Of a stretch of DNA of 64,000 nucleotides, positions 42,189-51,917 are shown in pieces. The stretch's first letter is position 1. Each line of letters starts with the position of its first letter. A program made the translations under genes and the position numbers. The notes under the pieces were generated by a model, which saw only the letters and a program-made list of their open reading frames with translations, did no database searches and was not told the origin of the DNA. This DNA is from Candidatus Woesearchaeota archaeon (lineage in GTDB: Archaea > Nanobdellota > Nanobdellia > CAYMVK01 > CAYYFB01): positions 359 to 64,358 of the forward strand of contig CAYYFB010000003.1 in the NCBI GenBank assembly GCA_964471255.1, given 5' to 3'.

Positions 42189-43006
42189 TATTGATTGTAA
42201 CCCATCAAGGACCCCCTAGCGATCTTATGAGAGAAATTACTATAGAAAAGCTTGGTTTAAAGGCCCGCTCCAGAAAGTTTGACGGCTTCTTAATATACGA
42301 AGGAACTTTTGAAGAATATCTTATTAACCTTATTACAGTAAAAAAAGAAATAGTTTACACAGATTATGTTTTCCAAACCTTTTCTCCAGAACTTGCAATT
42401 TTTTTATCTAAACATTCTTCAGAAAAGGGAATTCCATCTTTATGTGTTCATTGCACAGGAAATTTTGGTAAAGCTGAGCTAGGAGGAAAGGATAAATGTC
42501 TTTCAATAGCCCATGCTCCTTTTATGAAAAATGCAGTAAATTATTTAGCAAAGCATAAAATCCCCGGCTTTGAAATAGCTAGAGAAGTAACCCATCACGG
42601 ACCAACCCCTCTTGTCCCTGTCATATTCCTTGAGGTAGGATCTGGAGAAAAAGAATGGAAGAATGAGGAAGCTAGTGAATTAATAGTTGAATGTATGATC
42701 TATTGTTTGGAGAGATTAGATGAAGTATATGAAAGTTGTATATGTTTTGGAGGCCCACATTATTCTCCTTTTATCCAAATTGACCTTCAAACAAAGTACG
42801 CGACGGGTCACATTCTTCCAAAATGGGCCCAGGGGGATGTAAGTAAAGAGATAATAAAGCAAATGATAAAGAGGACCTATCCAGAGCCAAAATTTGCTGT
42901 CATAGACAAGAAGGGGCTTAGTAAAGAAAGTAGGGAAAAAATATTGAAATGGTTAGATGAAATGGGGGTGGAGGTAAAAAAGAAAAGAAATTTGTTAAAA
43001 GGATAG
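42164..43006 (+). CDS. dtdA: Archaeal-type D-aminoacyl-tRNA deacylase (DtdA)
   Basis: LCVHCTGNFG, EVTHHGPT and LEVGSGEKEW match the archaeal tRNA_deacylase family. Confidence 0.7.
   Translation: MPSKTSKMILIVTHQGPPSDLMREITIEKLGLKARSRKFDGFLIYEGTFEEYLINLITVKKEIVYTDYVFQTFSPELAIFLSKHSSEKGIPSLCVHCTGNFGKAELGGKDKCLSIAHAPFMKNAVNYLAKHKIPGFEIAREVTHHGPTPLVPVIFLEVGSGEKEWKNEEASELIVECMIYCLERLDEVYESCICFGGPHYSPFIQIDLQTKYATGHILPKWAQGDVSKEIIKQMIKRTYPEPKFAVIDKKGLSKESREKILKWLDEMGVEVKKKRNLLKG
42265..42273 (-). repeat. CTGGAGCGG word, copy 10
   Basis: Exact 9-mer, antisense to dtdA, where the sense strand reads A-R-S-R. Confidence 0.95.
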
Positions 43007-43007
43007 T

Positions 43008-44108
43008 ATGAAAGTTGAAGAAATAATGACAAAGAACCCTATTATAGTTGATCCTGAGGATACATTATTAGATGTTCTAGAAAAGCTTAAGAGAAAGGAT
43101 TCTTGTTTTGTTTTTTCGAAAAAATACTATGGAGGATTAACTAGATTTCACATTCTAAAAAGAAGAATTCCATTATCTACAACAAAAGCAAAAACTATAG
43201 CTGTGCCTACTCCAAAACTCTCTCCCGAAGAAGAGATAAAGGATTTGGCTAGAAAAATGATAGAGGCTGACTTTTATTTCCTACCAGTATTTAAAGATGA
43301 AAGAATAGTAGGGGAAGTAAGCTGGACAAATTTAGCTGAAGCTAGGAAAAATATTCTTTCAAAGATAGAAGTTGGGGATGTAATGAGCAGGGATGTTATT
43401 TTTGCTTATCCTAATGATAGTATTGGAAGAGTAATTGGCCTAATGAGAAAAAATAAGGTCTCAAGCATTCCAATAATTGAGGAAAATAAAGTAGTTGGGA
43501 TTATAACTTCTAAAGAGATAGTAGAGAAAGTATTGTCCCCAAGAGATAGACAAGAATTTGGTGAAATAAGGGGAGAAAAAATCCTTCCTTTAAAGACTCC
43601 TTGTAGAGAAATAATGGATAAGGTTATTCCAATTGTCAACCTCGGAAATAGTCTATATTACGCGTTAACTCTAATGAAAGAGCTAAAGAAAGACGTATGC
43701 CTTGTCACAAAAAAAGGAAAGCTTGTTGGCATAATAACAAGAAAAGATATCTTAGAAACACTTATATCAGAAGAAAGAGAAGAAAATCTTAATTTTTGCA
43801 TAGCTTCAAACTTTGAAATGAAAAAGGAATGGATAATGCCTTATATAAATGAAATATGGGAAAAATTTGGCAAATTTCTGGAGTGGGCCTATTTTTTCAT
43901 TTATGTAAAAAGAGTAGGAAGAAGTCCAGATTTTAGATATATTACTAGGATAAAACTTAGAGCACATCCAAAAACTTGGAATGTTTGGACTGAAAATTAT
44001 TCCTTCCAATACTCAGTAAAGCAGGCTTTTGATATCTTAGAAAGAGAAATTTTGGAAGAGAAAGAAGAATTATTAGAAAGGCATAGAAGAATTGAGATGG
44101 AATTATGA
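43008..44108 (+). CDS. CBS-domain protein (two CBS pairs) with an uncharacterised C-terminal domain
   Basis: Repeated CBS patterns are present (VEEIMTKNPIIV..., VGDVMSRDVIFA..., VSSIPIIEENKVVGIIT, CREIMDKVIPIV...GKLVGIITRKDIL). Confidence 0.7.
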   Translation: MKVEEIMTKNPIIVDPEDTLLDVLEKLKRKDSCFVFSKKYYGGLTRFHILKRRIPLSTTKAKTIAVPTPKLSPEEEIKDLARKMIEADFYFLPVFKDERIVGEVSWTNLAEARKNILSKIEVGDVMSRDVIFAYPNDSIGRVIGLMRKNKVSSIPIIEENKVVGIITSKEIVEKVLSPRDRQEFGEIRGEKILPLKTPCREIMDKVIPIVNLGNSLYYALTLMKELKKDVCLVTKKGKLVGIITRKDILETLISEEREENLNFCIASNFEMKKEWIMPYINEIWEKFGKFLEWAYFFIYVKRVGRSPDFRYITRIKLRAHPKTWNVWTENYSFQYSVKQAFDILEREILEEKEELLERHRRIEMEL

Positions 44109-45028
44109 AGAAAGTAGAGGATATCTATTTAAAAAAAGGTAAAAGGGTTGGGGAATTAGTAGAAGATTTTGAAAAAATAGGGGGATTTATGGCCAAGCAT
44201 GTTGCAAAAGGGGAAGAAATACTAGAAAAAATGATAAAGGATAAAGAATGTTTTAGGATTATTTCCTTTCCAGCCTGTATAGTAGCAACTGGACTTAGAG
44301 GAATTATACGTGATATGATTAAGTTCAAATGGTTTGATTTAGTTATTACAACCTGCGGAACTTTGGACCACGATCTGGCAAGGACTTTTAAAGATTATTA
44401 CCATGGAGAATTCTTGGCTAATGACCTAGAATTAAGAAAGGAAGGAATAAACAGATTAGGGAACGTTTTTGTCCCAGATGAATCCTACGGTCTTATTATA
44501 GAAGAAAAAATGAAAGAAATTCTCTCTGAAATGTATGAGGAAGGAATGAGGAATTTAGGAACTTATGAGCTTTGTTGGGAAATTGGAAAGAGGCTAAATG
44601 AATCATCAATTCTCTTTTGGGCTTGGAAAAATCAAATACCCATTATTATACCTGGGATAACAGATGGAGCTGTAGGTTCTCAGCTTCTCTTTTTTAGGGA
44701 AAAGAAACCAGACTTTAATGTAGATATTCTAAAAGATGAGAAATTGCTTTCTTCCCTTATATGGAAAAAGAAAAAATTAGGAGCTTTAATTATAGGTGGA
44801 GGAATATCAAAACATCACACAATATGGTGGGCTCAGTTTAGGGGTGGCTTAGATTATGCCATTTATATAACCACTGCAATAGAATGGGATGGATCTCTTT
44901 CTGGAGCACGGCCAGAAGAAGCAATTTCTTGGAAAAAAATAAAAGAGAAAGCCGATTATGTTATGATTTGGGGAGATGCTACCTTAATTCTTCCAATAAT
45001 AGCAAATTCGCTCATCGAAAAAGTATAG
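44105..45028 (+). CDS. dys: Deoxyhypusine synthase
   Basis: ITTCGTLDHD, IPGITDGAVG, IIGGGISKHH and the EAISWKK region are typical of DHS. Confidence 0.9.
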   Translation: MKKVEDIYLKKGKRVGELVEDFEKIGGFMAKHVAKGEEILEKMIKDKECFRIISFPACIVATGLRGIIRDMIKFKWFDLVITTCGTLDHDLARTFKDYYHGEFLANDLELRKEGINRLGNVFVPDESYGLIIEEKMKEILSEMYEEGMRNLGTYELCWEIGKRLNESSILFWAWKNQIPIIIPGITDGAVGSQLLFFREKKPDFNVDILKDEKLLSSLIWKKKKLGALIIGGGISKHHTIWWAQFRGGLDYAIYITTAIEWDGSLSGARPEEAISWKKIKEKADYVMIWGDATLILPIIANSLIEKV

Positions 45029-45060
45029 GCTTTTAAGCATTTACCACTAATTAGTAATAT

Positions 45061-45912
45061 ATGAGAAAAAATATGAACCTAGAAGACCTACTCAATTCCC
45101 AGTTCATAGAAGCACTAAATTATGTTGAGAATGCGTTAGGAATAAGAAATTATTGTATAATTGGAGGATTTGCTATTTATTCTTACCTTAGGCTTGCTTT
45201 AGAGAAAGGAATCATAGATAAAACCAAATTTAGGAAATTGCTTCAAATAGTCTTCCCGGAAGGTAGAAAATATGAGACAGATCTTGATATTGTAGTAGAA
45301 GAGATAAGTGAAAATGGAAGAGAAGAATTAAGAAAGAAAGGGTTCGAACTAATGCATCCAATAGAGAGAGGGTGTAAATTGGGGACCCTCAAAAGAGAAT
45401 ACCCACAAGAAAATCCACATATGGATATTTACTCAAAAAGAATAAAAACAAGCGTAAAGGAGATGGAAATACAAATAATAGATGGAAAAATACTATCTTT
45501 GCTTTCACCAAGAATAGATATAGAGTATGAAGAGGGTCAGAGTGCTAAGTTAGAAATAGATGGGAGAGAAATAAATGTTCTATCACTAGAATATCTTATA
45601 ACTTGTTATATTCCCTTAACAGGTGGAAAAGATAAGAAAAGGCTAAACAGGACATTAATATTAATTTCTCTCCTTAGACTAAAATACGCCAATCCGGAGG
45701 AGGTAGTAAGGATGGGTTATAAAATTGCTGGAGTGCTTATTAAGAACTCTTTAAATCCTCCCGAAATGATAGGGTATTTACAGAAGTTCCTAGGATATTG
45801 CGAACAAAGAAGGAAATTTATTGAGAGAAAATTGTCTGAAGGAAAGGATTACATAGACGCGTTCTTAGAGGGAGTAAAAAGAAAAATAGCCGAGTACGAA
45901 TCAGTGACTTAA
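45061..45912 (+). CDS. Hypothetical protein, possibly nucleotidyltransferase-fold
   Basis: IIGGFAIYSY ... ETDLDIVVEE gives a weak G-G...D-x-D pattern and nothing else. Confidence 0.3.
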   Translation: MRKNMNLEDLLNSQFIEALNYVENALGIRNYCIIGGFAIYSYLRLALEKGIIDKTKFRKLLQIVFPEGRKYETDLDIVVEEISENGREELRKKGFELMHPIERGCKLGTLKREYPQENPHMDIYSKRIKTSVKEMEIQIIDGKILSLLSPRIDIEYEEGQSAKLEIDGREINVLSLEYLITCYIPLTGGKDKKRLNRTLILISLLRLKYANPEEVVRMGYKIAGVLIKNSLNPPEMIGYLQKFLGYCEQRRKFIERKLSEGKDYIDAFLEGVKRKIAEYESVT

Positions 45913-48524
45913 ACTCTTCTAAATATCCTCATTACCTCTTTTCTCTCTTCATCGGCTATCTTAGATATAAGCTCCTTCAAATCCGTTGAATATTTTCCTA
46001 AAATATCAGATCTTTTCTCCTTTGGAACAAAAGAAGCTATAACATATAAAGCTGGCTTTCTATAAGTCTGAACTAAATCTGCATTCAAATATATTTCTTC
46101 CTCATCAGCCTCCAGACTTCTTACATAGGAAAGTATCCCACCACAATGGGGACACTTAAATTCATAGATTTCCCTTACTTCTCTTTCCCAAAGGAATCTT
46201 TTCTCATTAATGCAATATGCATAAAGTTTTGTTCTTTCAAGCCTCTCTCTTACTAAAGCAAGAGTTTCCTCTTTAGTAAAGTAAACATCCCTAACTTCAA
46301 ATGAACATTCCTTTGTTAGATCAGAAACCCCTCTATAAACGTTTATTTTTATTTTTCCAGTTTTTATCTTTTCCATTATTTCTTTTGCTTTTTCTATCTC
46401 TGTTTTGTCAACTATAAACTCCCTTAGAGCTTCTGCCTCAACTGGAGTGCCTGCTAATTCCCTTAGAGTAGATAGAACAAAAGAAGAATCAAAACTAGCC
46501 TCTCTTGAAAATATCCCAAACCTTCTCGCCACATGAAACATCCTAATCCTAAAAAGAGATGTCCTCTTTATCCCCTCTATCAAATCATCATAATCGAATC
46601 CTAATTTAAGCAAACGAATGACATCTTCATACTCATCATATTTTATTACAATCCTATAGGGATCAACCTTAATTCTTACATCCATTCCAAGTTCTTCTCC
46701 CAACCTTCTGGCAAGGATTCTTCCTATAACTTCATTTACTTTCAAACCAAATGGACAGTTTAAAATTGTATATTTTCCATCCCATTCTACAACTATTTCA
46801 TCTTTTCTTGGAATCCAAGGAGGATTTTTAAAGAATTTTGTAATTAGCCTCCCCCTATATTCGGTAGCTTTTTGTGCTACATCAAAGTTCACCGGAATTA
46901 ACTCACCTTCCCATGCTGGGATTTCTCCTGGTTCCTTTTCTCTTCTAACAAATATTTTGGTTCCATGCAAACCCACTATTCTCCAGCATTCCCCTTTTAT
47001 TACAATAACATTCCCTACGTGGCCATAATTAGCAACAAATTCTTCATGCAGAATACCTATAGGCTTCCTTTCCTCTTCATCTATAACCAGATATGATTTT
47101 TCATCTGGAATCATTGAAATGTTTTCAATATAATATAAAAGTGTCCTTTTCCTCATTTTCACATTACCATCGGACTCAAAAAACCTAATAATTCTTATTT
47201 CATCCATAAACTTTAGCAAGGATTTTAGCATTTCCTTTTTGAATTTTCTGTAGTATTTTGATCTCCTTATTATTCTAAATATCTCATCTAAGTTCGTTCT
47301 CCTTTTATCTATTAAAATACCAGCTATTTGATGACATAAAACATCTAAAGCATTTGCATGAATATCCTCCTCTTCCAAATAGCCTTGTAAACCCAATTCT
47401 TTTATAGCAAGAGATTCACAGTAATCATCAAAATTCATAGTTACAATATATCCAATCGAAACTTCTCCCATCCGATGTCTGGAGCGGCCTACTCTTTGAA
47501 CTAGTCTTTTTACTTGCCTTGGGCTCATGAACTGAATCACGGCATCTATATGTCCAATATCTATACCTAATTCCATTGAACTTGTTGCTACTAGTCCTTT
47601 CAACTCTCCTTCCCTAAGCATTTTTTCATGTTCCTCCCTTACCGCTCTAGACAAGCTGGAATGGTGGGTCTCGATCGATATTCCTTTAAAAAGGGCTTTT
47701 ATTCTGGAAGAAATCAACTCTGCTGTCTCTCTCGTATTAGTAAAGATGAGGCATGATCCAGGAGTATTTATTATTAAATCATAAATTTTCCTAATGCTCC
47801 ATGCCACTCTCTTTGGAACAAACAAAATTGATGCTATTTCCTCATCCTTTTTCGTTATCTCTGGATAAAATACTTTTATCCTATATGCCCTCGTTCCAGA
47901 AAAGTTTATAACCTCGAACTCTTCCTCTCCCATGAAATACTCAGCGTATTCCCTAGGCCTCTTTACAGTAGCTGAAAGAAGTATTGTTTGAAATTTAGTT
48001 ATCTCCCTAAGCCGCTCCAGACCTAGGGATAGCTGAACGCCTCTCTTGGATCCTATCATTTCATGAACTTCATCAATTATAACATATTTCACCTGCTCCA
48101 GAATTTTTCTCAATCTTTTCCCAAAAAAGAGAATTTGAAATGTTTCTGGTGTTGTAATTAAGACATCTGGAGGGCTTAATGCTTGTTTCCTTCTTAAGGA
48201 AGGAGGAGTGTCTCCATGCCTTACATCAACTGAGATTCCTAGCTGAATTCCTGCCTTAATCAATCTTCTAAACATGTCCCTATTCAAAGATCTTAAAGGA
48301 GTTATGTAAAGACATTTTCCCTTTTCTTTAATTATCCTATAAAATATTCCCGCCATTGCGGCCTCTGTTTTTCCATATCCTGTAGGAGCAACAATTATAA
48401 TGTTTTTTCCTTCAATAACTAGAGGGATAGATTCTTTTTGTAGTTCATTAAATTCTTTAAACCCAAAAGCACTTCTTATTTTTTCTAATAATTCTTTATC
48501 CACATAGATGATAGGAAAATTCAT
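45909..48524 (-). CDS. Lhr-type superfamily 2 DEAD/DEAH-box helicase with a C-terminal zinc ribbon
   Basis: APTGYGKT (motif I), DEVH (II), SAT (III) and QRVGRSRHR (VI). The extended C-terminal region carries CPHCGG. Confidence 0.85.
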   Translation of the reverse strand: MNFPIIYVDKELLEKIRSAFGFKEFNELQKESIPLVIEGKNIIIVAPTGYGKTEAAMAGIFYRIIKEKGKCLYITPLRSLNRDMFRRLIKAGIQLGISVDVRHGDTPPSLRRKQALSPPDVLITTPETFQILFFGKRLRKILEQVKYVIIDEVHEMIGSKRGVQLSLGLERLREITKFQTILLSATVKRPREYAEYFMGEEEFEVINFSGTRAYRIKVFYPEITKKDEEIASILFVPKRVAWSIRKIYDLIINTPGSCLIFTNTRETAELISSRIKALFKGISIETHHSSLSRAVREEHEKMLREGELKGLVATSSMELGIDIGHIDAVIQFMSPRQVKRLVQRVGRSRHRMGEVSIGYIVTMNFDDYCESLAIKELGLQGYLEEEDIHANALDVLCHQIAGILIDKRRTNLDEIFRIIRRSKYYRKFKKEMLKSLLKFMDEIRIIRFFESDGNVKMRKRTLLYYIENISMIPDEKSYLVIDEEERKPIGILHEEFVANYGHVGNVIVIKGECWRIVGLHGTKIFVRREKEPGEIPAWEGELIPVNFDVAQKATEYRGRLITKFFKNPPWIPRKDEIVVEWDGKYTILNCPFGLKVNEVIGRILARRLGEELGMDVRIKVDPYRIVIKYDEYEDVIRLLKLGFDYDDLIEGIKRTSLFRIRMFHVARRFGIFSREASFDSSFVLSTLRELAGTPVEAEALREFIVDKTEIEKAKEIMEKIKTGKIKINVYRGVSDLTKECSFEVRDVYFTKEETLALVRERLERTKLYAYCINEKRFLWEREVREIYEFKCPHCGGILSYVRSLEADEEEIYLNADLVQTYRKPALYVIASFVPKEKRSDILGKYSTDLKELISKIADEERKEVMRIFRRV
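47479..47487 (+). repeat. CTGGAGCGG word, copy 11
   Basis: Exact 9-mer, antisense to the helicase, where the sense strand reads G-R-S-R (motif VI). Confidence 0.95.
48012..48020 (-). repeat. CTGGAGCGG word, copy 12
   Basis: Exact 9-mer, in-frame LER (LGLERLR) of the helicase. Confidence 0.95.
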
Positions 48525-48548
48525 AACTTATGTGGGCTTATTATTCTT

Positions 48549-49091
48549 ATGGAAATTTGCGACTGGCAAGTAGCAGCAACAGGGATTCTCAATAGAATTA
48601 AAGAGGGAATTCAAGACTTATTTAGCAATCTGGAGCAGCCGGACGTAATTGCTTCAGAAACTCTAGAAGATATACTAGAAAGAGCCATTTCTTTGGAAGA
48701 AGAGATAACATTTTTCGGTATGTCTTCCGAATATGAGTTATTTGAACAAAATATTCATGAAATAGCGTATTTTTTAGCTTTTTGCAGATATATTAAATCT
48801 AGGGCTGAAGAACTATATTGTTCCTTAGATAGTCCTAAAGTTTTCCTCTTTACTCTCTTCAGGCTTCTCTTTGGGTGGGTAAAAGATGGGATAGAATACG
48901 AAACTTTAAGAAACGACATGTATGAGTGTGTAGAAGAGGTAAAAGGCTTTTATAAGTTATTAAAAAGAGAAGAAAGAAGAATGGTAAGAGATAGATTAAA
49001 GGAAGAGAAGAAAGAAATAAAGAAAATATGGAAAGAGGCAATAATAGAGCTAAGAAAGGAAGCAAAGGAAAGGAGGTTGCTTGTGTACTAA
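48549..49091 (+). CDS. Hypothetical helical protein
   Basis: 180-aa ORF with a K/E-rich C-terminus and no recognisable motif. Confidence 0.4.
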   Translation: MEICDWQVAATGILNRIKEGIQDLFSNLEQPDVIASETLEDILERAISLEEEITFFGMSSEYELFEQNIHEIAYFLAFCRYIKSRAEELYCSLDSPKVFLFTLFRLLFGWVKDGIEYETLRNDMYECVEEVKGFYKLLKREERRMVRDRLKEEKKEIKKIWKEAIIELRKEAKERRLLVY

Positions 49092-50332
49092 ATTTTGGCT
49101 GCCCTACTTCTCTATTTGAATCTGAACTTATTAGAGGAATTTTGGAGAAAAACGGCTATGAAATAACCGATGATCTGGAGCGGGCGAATGTAGTTATAAT
49201 CCATGGCTGTATAGTTAAGGAACCTACCGAAAAAAGAGAATTAAGCCTTCTGGAGCGGCTCCAGAAAAAAGGAAAGAAAGTTATTGTTTCTGGATGTTTA
49301 GCAGATTATTTTCCAGATAGATTTATAAAAAAAGGCATTCCATGTTGTGGGGTTAATTTTCTTGATAAAATAGTCCAATGTATTGAAAAAGGGATATCTT
49401 TTACAAATGGAAAGAAAAAAGAAAAGTTAGGATATCCTAGAAAACTAAGAAAAAAGGTATGTGCTCCACTAGTTATCTGTGAGGGCTGCACTTTTAACTG
49501 CTCCTATTGTGCTGGGAAACTTGTAAGAAAAAACTTGTTTTCTTACTCCCTGGAGCGGATAAAAAAAGAATTTGTATGGCTGCTCCAGAAAGGGATAAAA
49601 GAAATATGGATTACTGGGCAGGATGTAGGAGCATATGGATTAGATAAAGGAACTGATTTGGTAAAACTTCTTAAAAACCTGCTTGAAATAGAAGGGGAAT
49701 ATAGGATTAGAATAGGGATGATGCACCCTCTTTCGCTTAAGAGAATTATTGAGGGAATTATAGCCTTGCTTAATTCGGAAGAAAGAATATACAAATTTAT
49801 TCACATTCCGCTCCAGTCTGGTTCAAATAGGGTACTCCAGTTAATGAGAAGGGAATATACTAAGGAGGAATTCGAAGAAATTTTTCTTACTTTAAGAAAA
49901 GAGGTTAAAAATATCTCAATTGGAACGGATGTAATAGTAGGTTTTCCTACTGAAACTGAAGAAGAATTTTGGGAAACTGTTGAATTAATAAGAAAATTAA
50001 AACCTGATTTCTTAAATGTAACAAGATATTGGCCAAGAAAAGGAACCGAAGCATATAAGTTAAAACCTCACCCTCCAGAATTGGTAAAGGAAAGAAGCAG
50101 GATTATGAGCAAAGTGCATAGGGAAGTTTCTTTAAAAAGAAATCTGGAGTGGGTCGGATGGAAAGGAAAAGTTCTCGTTAATGAGATTGGTGTTAAAAAC
50201 TCGTTCATATCAAGGAACAATTCGTATAAGCCGGTTGTTATTAGAGAGTTTGTAGAGCTTGGGTCATTTGTGAAAGTAAAAATAATAGAAGCCAAGGAAT
50301 TCTTTTTGATTGGAAAGATTCATAATAAGTGA
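49028..50332 (+). CDS. Radical-SAM methylthiotransferase, archaeal MiaB-like/MtaB (CDKAL1) type
   Basis: N-terminal UPF0004 region (NFGCPTS...), radical-SAM CTFNCSYC (CxxxCxxC) and a C-terminal TRAM-like domain. The start is uncertain because 49028 overlaps the upstream ORF by 64 nt. Confidence 0.85.
   Translation: MERGNNRAKKGSKGKEVACVLNFGCPTSLFESELIRGILEKNGYEITDDLERANVVIIHGCIVKEPTEKRELSLLERLQKKGKKVIVSGCLADYFPDRFIKKGIPCCGVNFLDKIVQCIEKGISFTNGKKKEKLGYPRKLRKKVCAPLVICEGCTFNCSYCAGKLVRKNLFSYSLERIKKEFVWLLQKGIKEIWITGQDVGAYGLDKGTDLVKLLKNLLEIEGEYRIRIGMMHPLSLKRIIEGIIALLNSEERIYKFIHIPLQSGSNRVLQLMRREYTKEEFEEIFLTLRKEVKNISIGTDVIVGFPTETEEEFWETVELIRKLKPDFLNVTRYWPRKGTEAYKLKPHPPELVKERSRIMSKVHREVSLKRNLEWVGWKGKVLVNEIGVKNSFISRNNSYKPVVIREFVELGSFVKVKIIEAKEFFLIGKIHNK
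49175..49183 (+). repeat. CTGGAGCGG word, copy 13
   Basis: Exact 9-mer, in-frame LER (DDLERAN) of the MiaB-like gene. Confidence 0.95.
49250..49264 (+). repeat. CTGGAGCGG word, copy 14, embedded in the inverted repeat CTGGAGC-G-GCTCCAG
   Basis: The exact 9-mer occupies 49250-49258 (LLERLQ). The 15-mer is a perfect 7-bp inverted repeat around one central base, so the bottom strand carries a one-mismatch copy. Confidence 0.95.
49550..49558 (+). repeat. CTGGAGCGG word, copy 15
   Basis: Exact 9-mer, in-frame LER (YSLERIK) of the MiaB-like gene. Confidence 0.95.
49808..49816 (-). repeat. CTGGAGCGG word, copy 16
   Basis: Exact 9-mer, antisense to the MiaB-like gene, where the sense strand reads P-L-Q. 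Confidence 0.95.
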
Positions 50333-50372
50333 ATAATCAACTTAAATATGAAACCACTGTTAAGATAGGATT

Positions 50373-51386
50373 ATGACAGGAGTACAAACCACATTATATG
50401 ATTATTTCAGCTGTAACAACGACGAAAGTAAAATAATAGATGAAATTAATGAAAAAACAGTCACATTTCTTCAAGAATTATCAGATATTCTCGCTAAATA
50501 TGATGAGTTCCATGAACCAAGCGAGATATTTTTAGGATTGGAAGCATATATTCTTCACCCAATAAAATCTCTCTGTGATTTGGGTTACCTAATCGGAAAC
50601 TCAGTCGTCAGGTTTGGTTATTTAAAAGAAGTTATGCTATTATTAGACAAAATCTTTAGTCATGTTACTAGATATGTTGAGATGACAGAGAGATTTTTTG
50701 ATATACCCGAAGAATACAAATATAAACTAGCGACTAGTGAATTAACTCCTTCCTTATTGGAAAAACTCCAAGGAAAATTATTGAGAATTGTAGTAAGAAA
50801 TGTAAAAAAGATAGTAAGTACCATAGCAGATTTAATATATAATACCCTCTCTTTGCCATTTTCAGAACAAATAAGAGGGCAAAGGTACATTGTTGCAAAG
50901 GAAGTCTTAAGCTTTATTGGAGTCTTATTAGATTCCTTGCCTAGAACTTATGTGAGATCCTTAAAAATAGTTTACGAAATATGCGGAATGTTTTCCCGTT
51001 TTTACCTTAACGAGTTTTTGAACTTTTCTATACTTCTTAAAAACCTGATCATAGAGCTAAGCTATATAGGTGCATTTTCTGACCAATACTTTATTATTTC
51101 TCTAAAGAAAGCTATTTTACATATCTTGTGGCAAAGAGATGCTGCTACTAAAACAAGGAAAAGAATGCTATATCTATTGTTCCTTACAATCAAAATGGCT
51201 AGGCAAGTTTTTCCTAGAGAAGAGGCTCGGTCCTTTATAGAAAAACTTTTAATAAAAATTCGCGGACCCACATCTTCTCCTACTTCTCCTCGTGAATGTC
51301 TTACAGTGCTCTACCGGGCTTTAAAGGATTTAAAAAAGACCACTTTAAAGAATTTAAAAATAAATCCTATTACATATTATTTTTGA
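50373..51386 (+). CDS. Hypothetical helical protein
   Basis: 337-aa ORF with no recognisable motif. Confidence 0.4.
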   Translation: MTGVQTTLYDYFSCNNDESKIIDEINEKTVTFLQELSDILAKYDEFHEPSEIFLGLEAYILHPIKSLCDLGYLIGNSVVRFGYLKEVMLLLDKIFSHVTRYVEMTERFFDIPEEYKYKLATSELTPSLLEKLQGKLLRIVVRNVKKIVSTIADLIYNTLSLPFSEQIRGQRYIVAKEVLSFIGVLLDSLPRTYVRSLKIVYEICGMFSRFYLNEFLNFSILLKNLIIELSYIGAFSDQYFIISLKKAILHILWQRDAATKTRKRMLYLLFLTIKMARQVFPREEARSFIEKLLIKIRGPTSSPTSPRECLTVLYRALKDLKKTTLKNLKINPITYYF

Positions 51387-51397
51387 CATTCTAAGAT

Positions 51398-51892
51398 ATG
51401 GTAAGATACCTTTACTTAAAAAGGAGTGTAATAAAACCAAAAGCATTAAAAATATTGCTAAAATACGCATTTCCTTGCATTGTTTTTTGGAGAAGGGAAA
51501 GAAATATTGATGAAAAAACAATCCTCCAAATCTATAAAATTGCGACTGGAGAGGAAGAGCCCACTCCAGAAATCTCCCAAGCTCTAGAGAAACTAATACC
51601 TGTAGCAATTCGTGAATTGGAATCAATGTCCTCTGGAGTTATAACAGAGGATATTGTAAGAGAATATTTTCTAAAAAGACATCCAAAAGTAATTGGAGAG
51701 GACAAGCCAGAATGGATTAGGGATCTTTGTCTTGTGAAAACTGGTGTTATAAATAAAATAAGAGGGTGTTATGGAGAGGTTGTTTTTGAGGATGGAAAGC
51801 GAAGGCTTGTAAGATTAGACTTCATTAAAAAACCTAAGGTCGGAGATAAGGTTACAGTTCACTATACTTTTGCTTGCGAAAAAATAGAGTAA
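51398..51892 (+). CDS. Hypothetical protein with a HypC/HupF-like beta-barrel pattern at the C-terminus
   Basis: CLVKTGVINKIRG..GEVVFEDGKRRLVRLDFIKKPKVGDKVTVHYTFACEKIE parallels the HypC pattern (CL..PG.I.....A.VDF.G..R.V.L.L....VGD.VLVH.GFA). The Cys is internal rather than N-terminal. Support is weak. Confidence 0.3.
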   Translation: MVRYLYLKRSVIKPKALKILLKYAFPCIVFWRRERNIDEKTILQIYKIATGEEEPTPEISQALEKLIPVAIRELESMSSGVITEDIVREYFLKRHPKVIGEDKPEWIRDLCLVKTGVINKIRGCYGEVVFEDGKRRLVRLDFIKKPKVGDKVTVHYTFACEKIE

Positions 51893-51917
51893 ACCTTACT
51901 ATTTACTTTAAGCTAGT

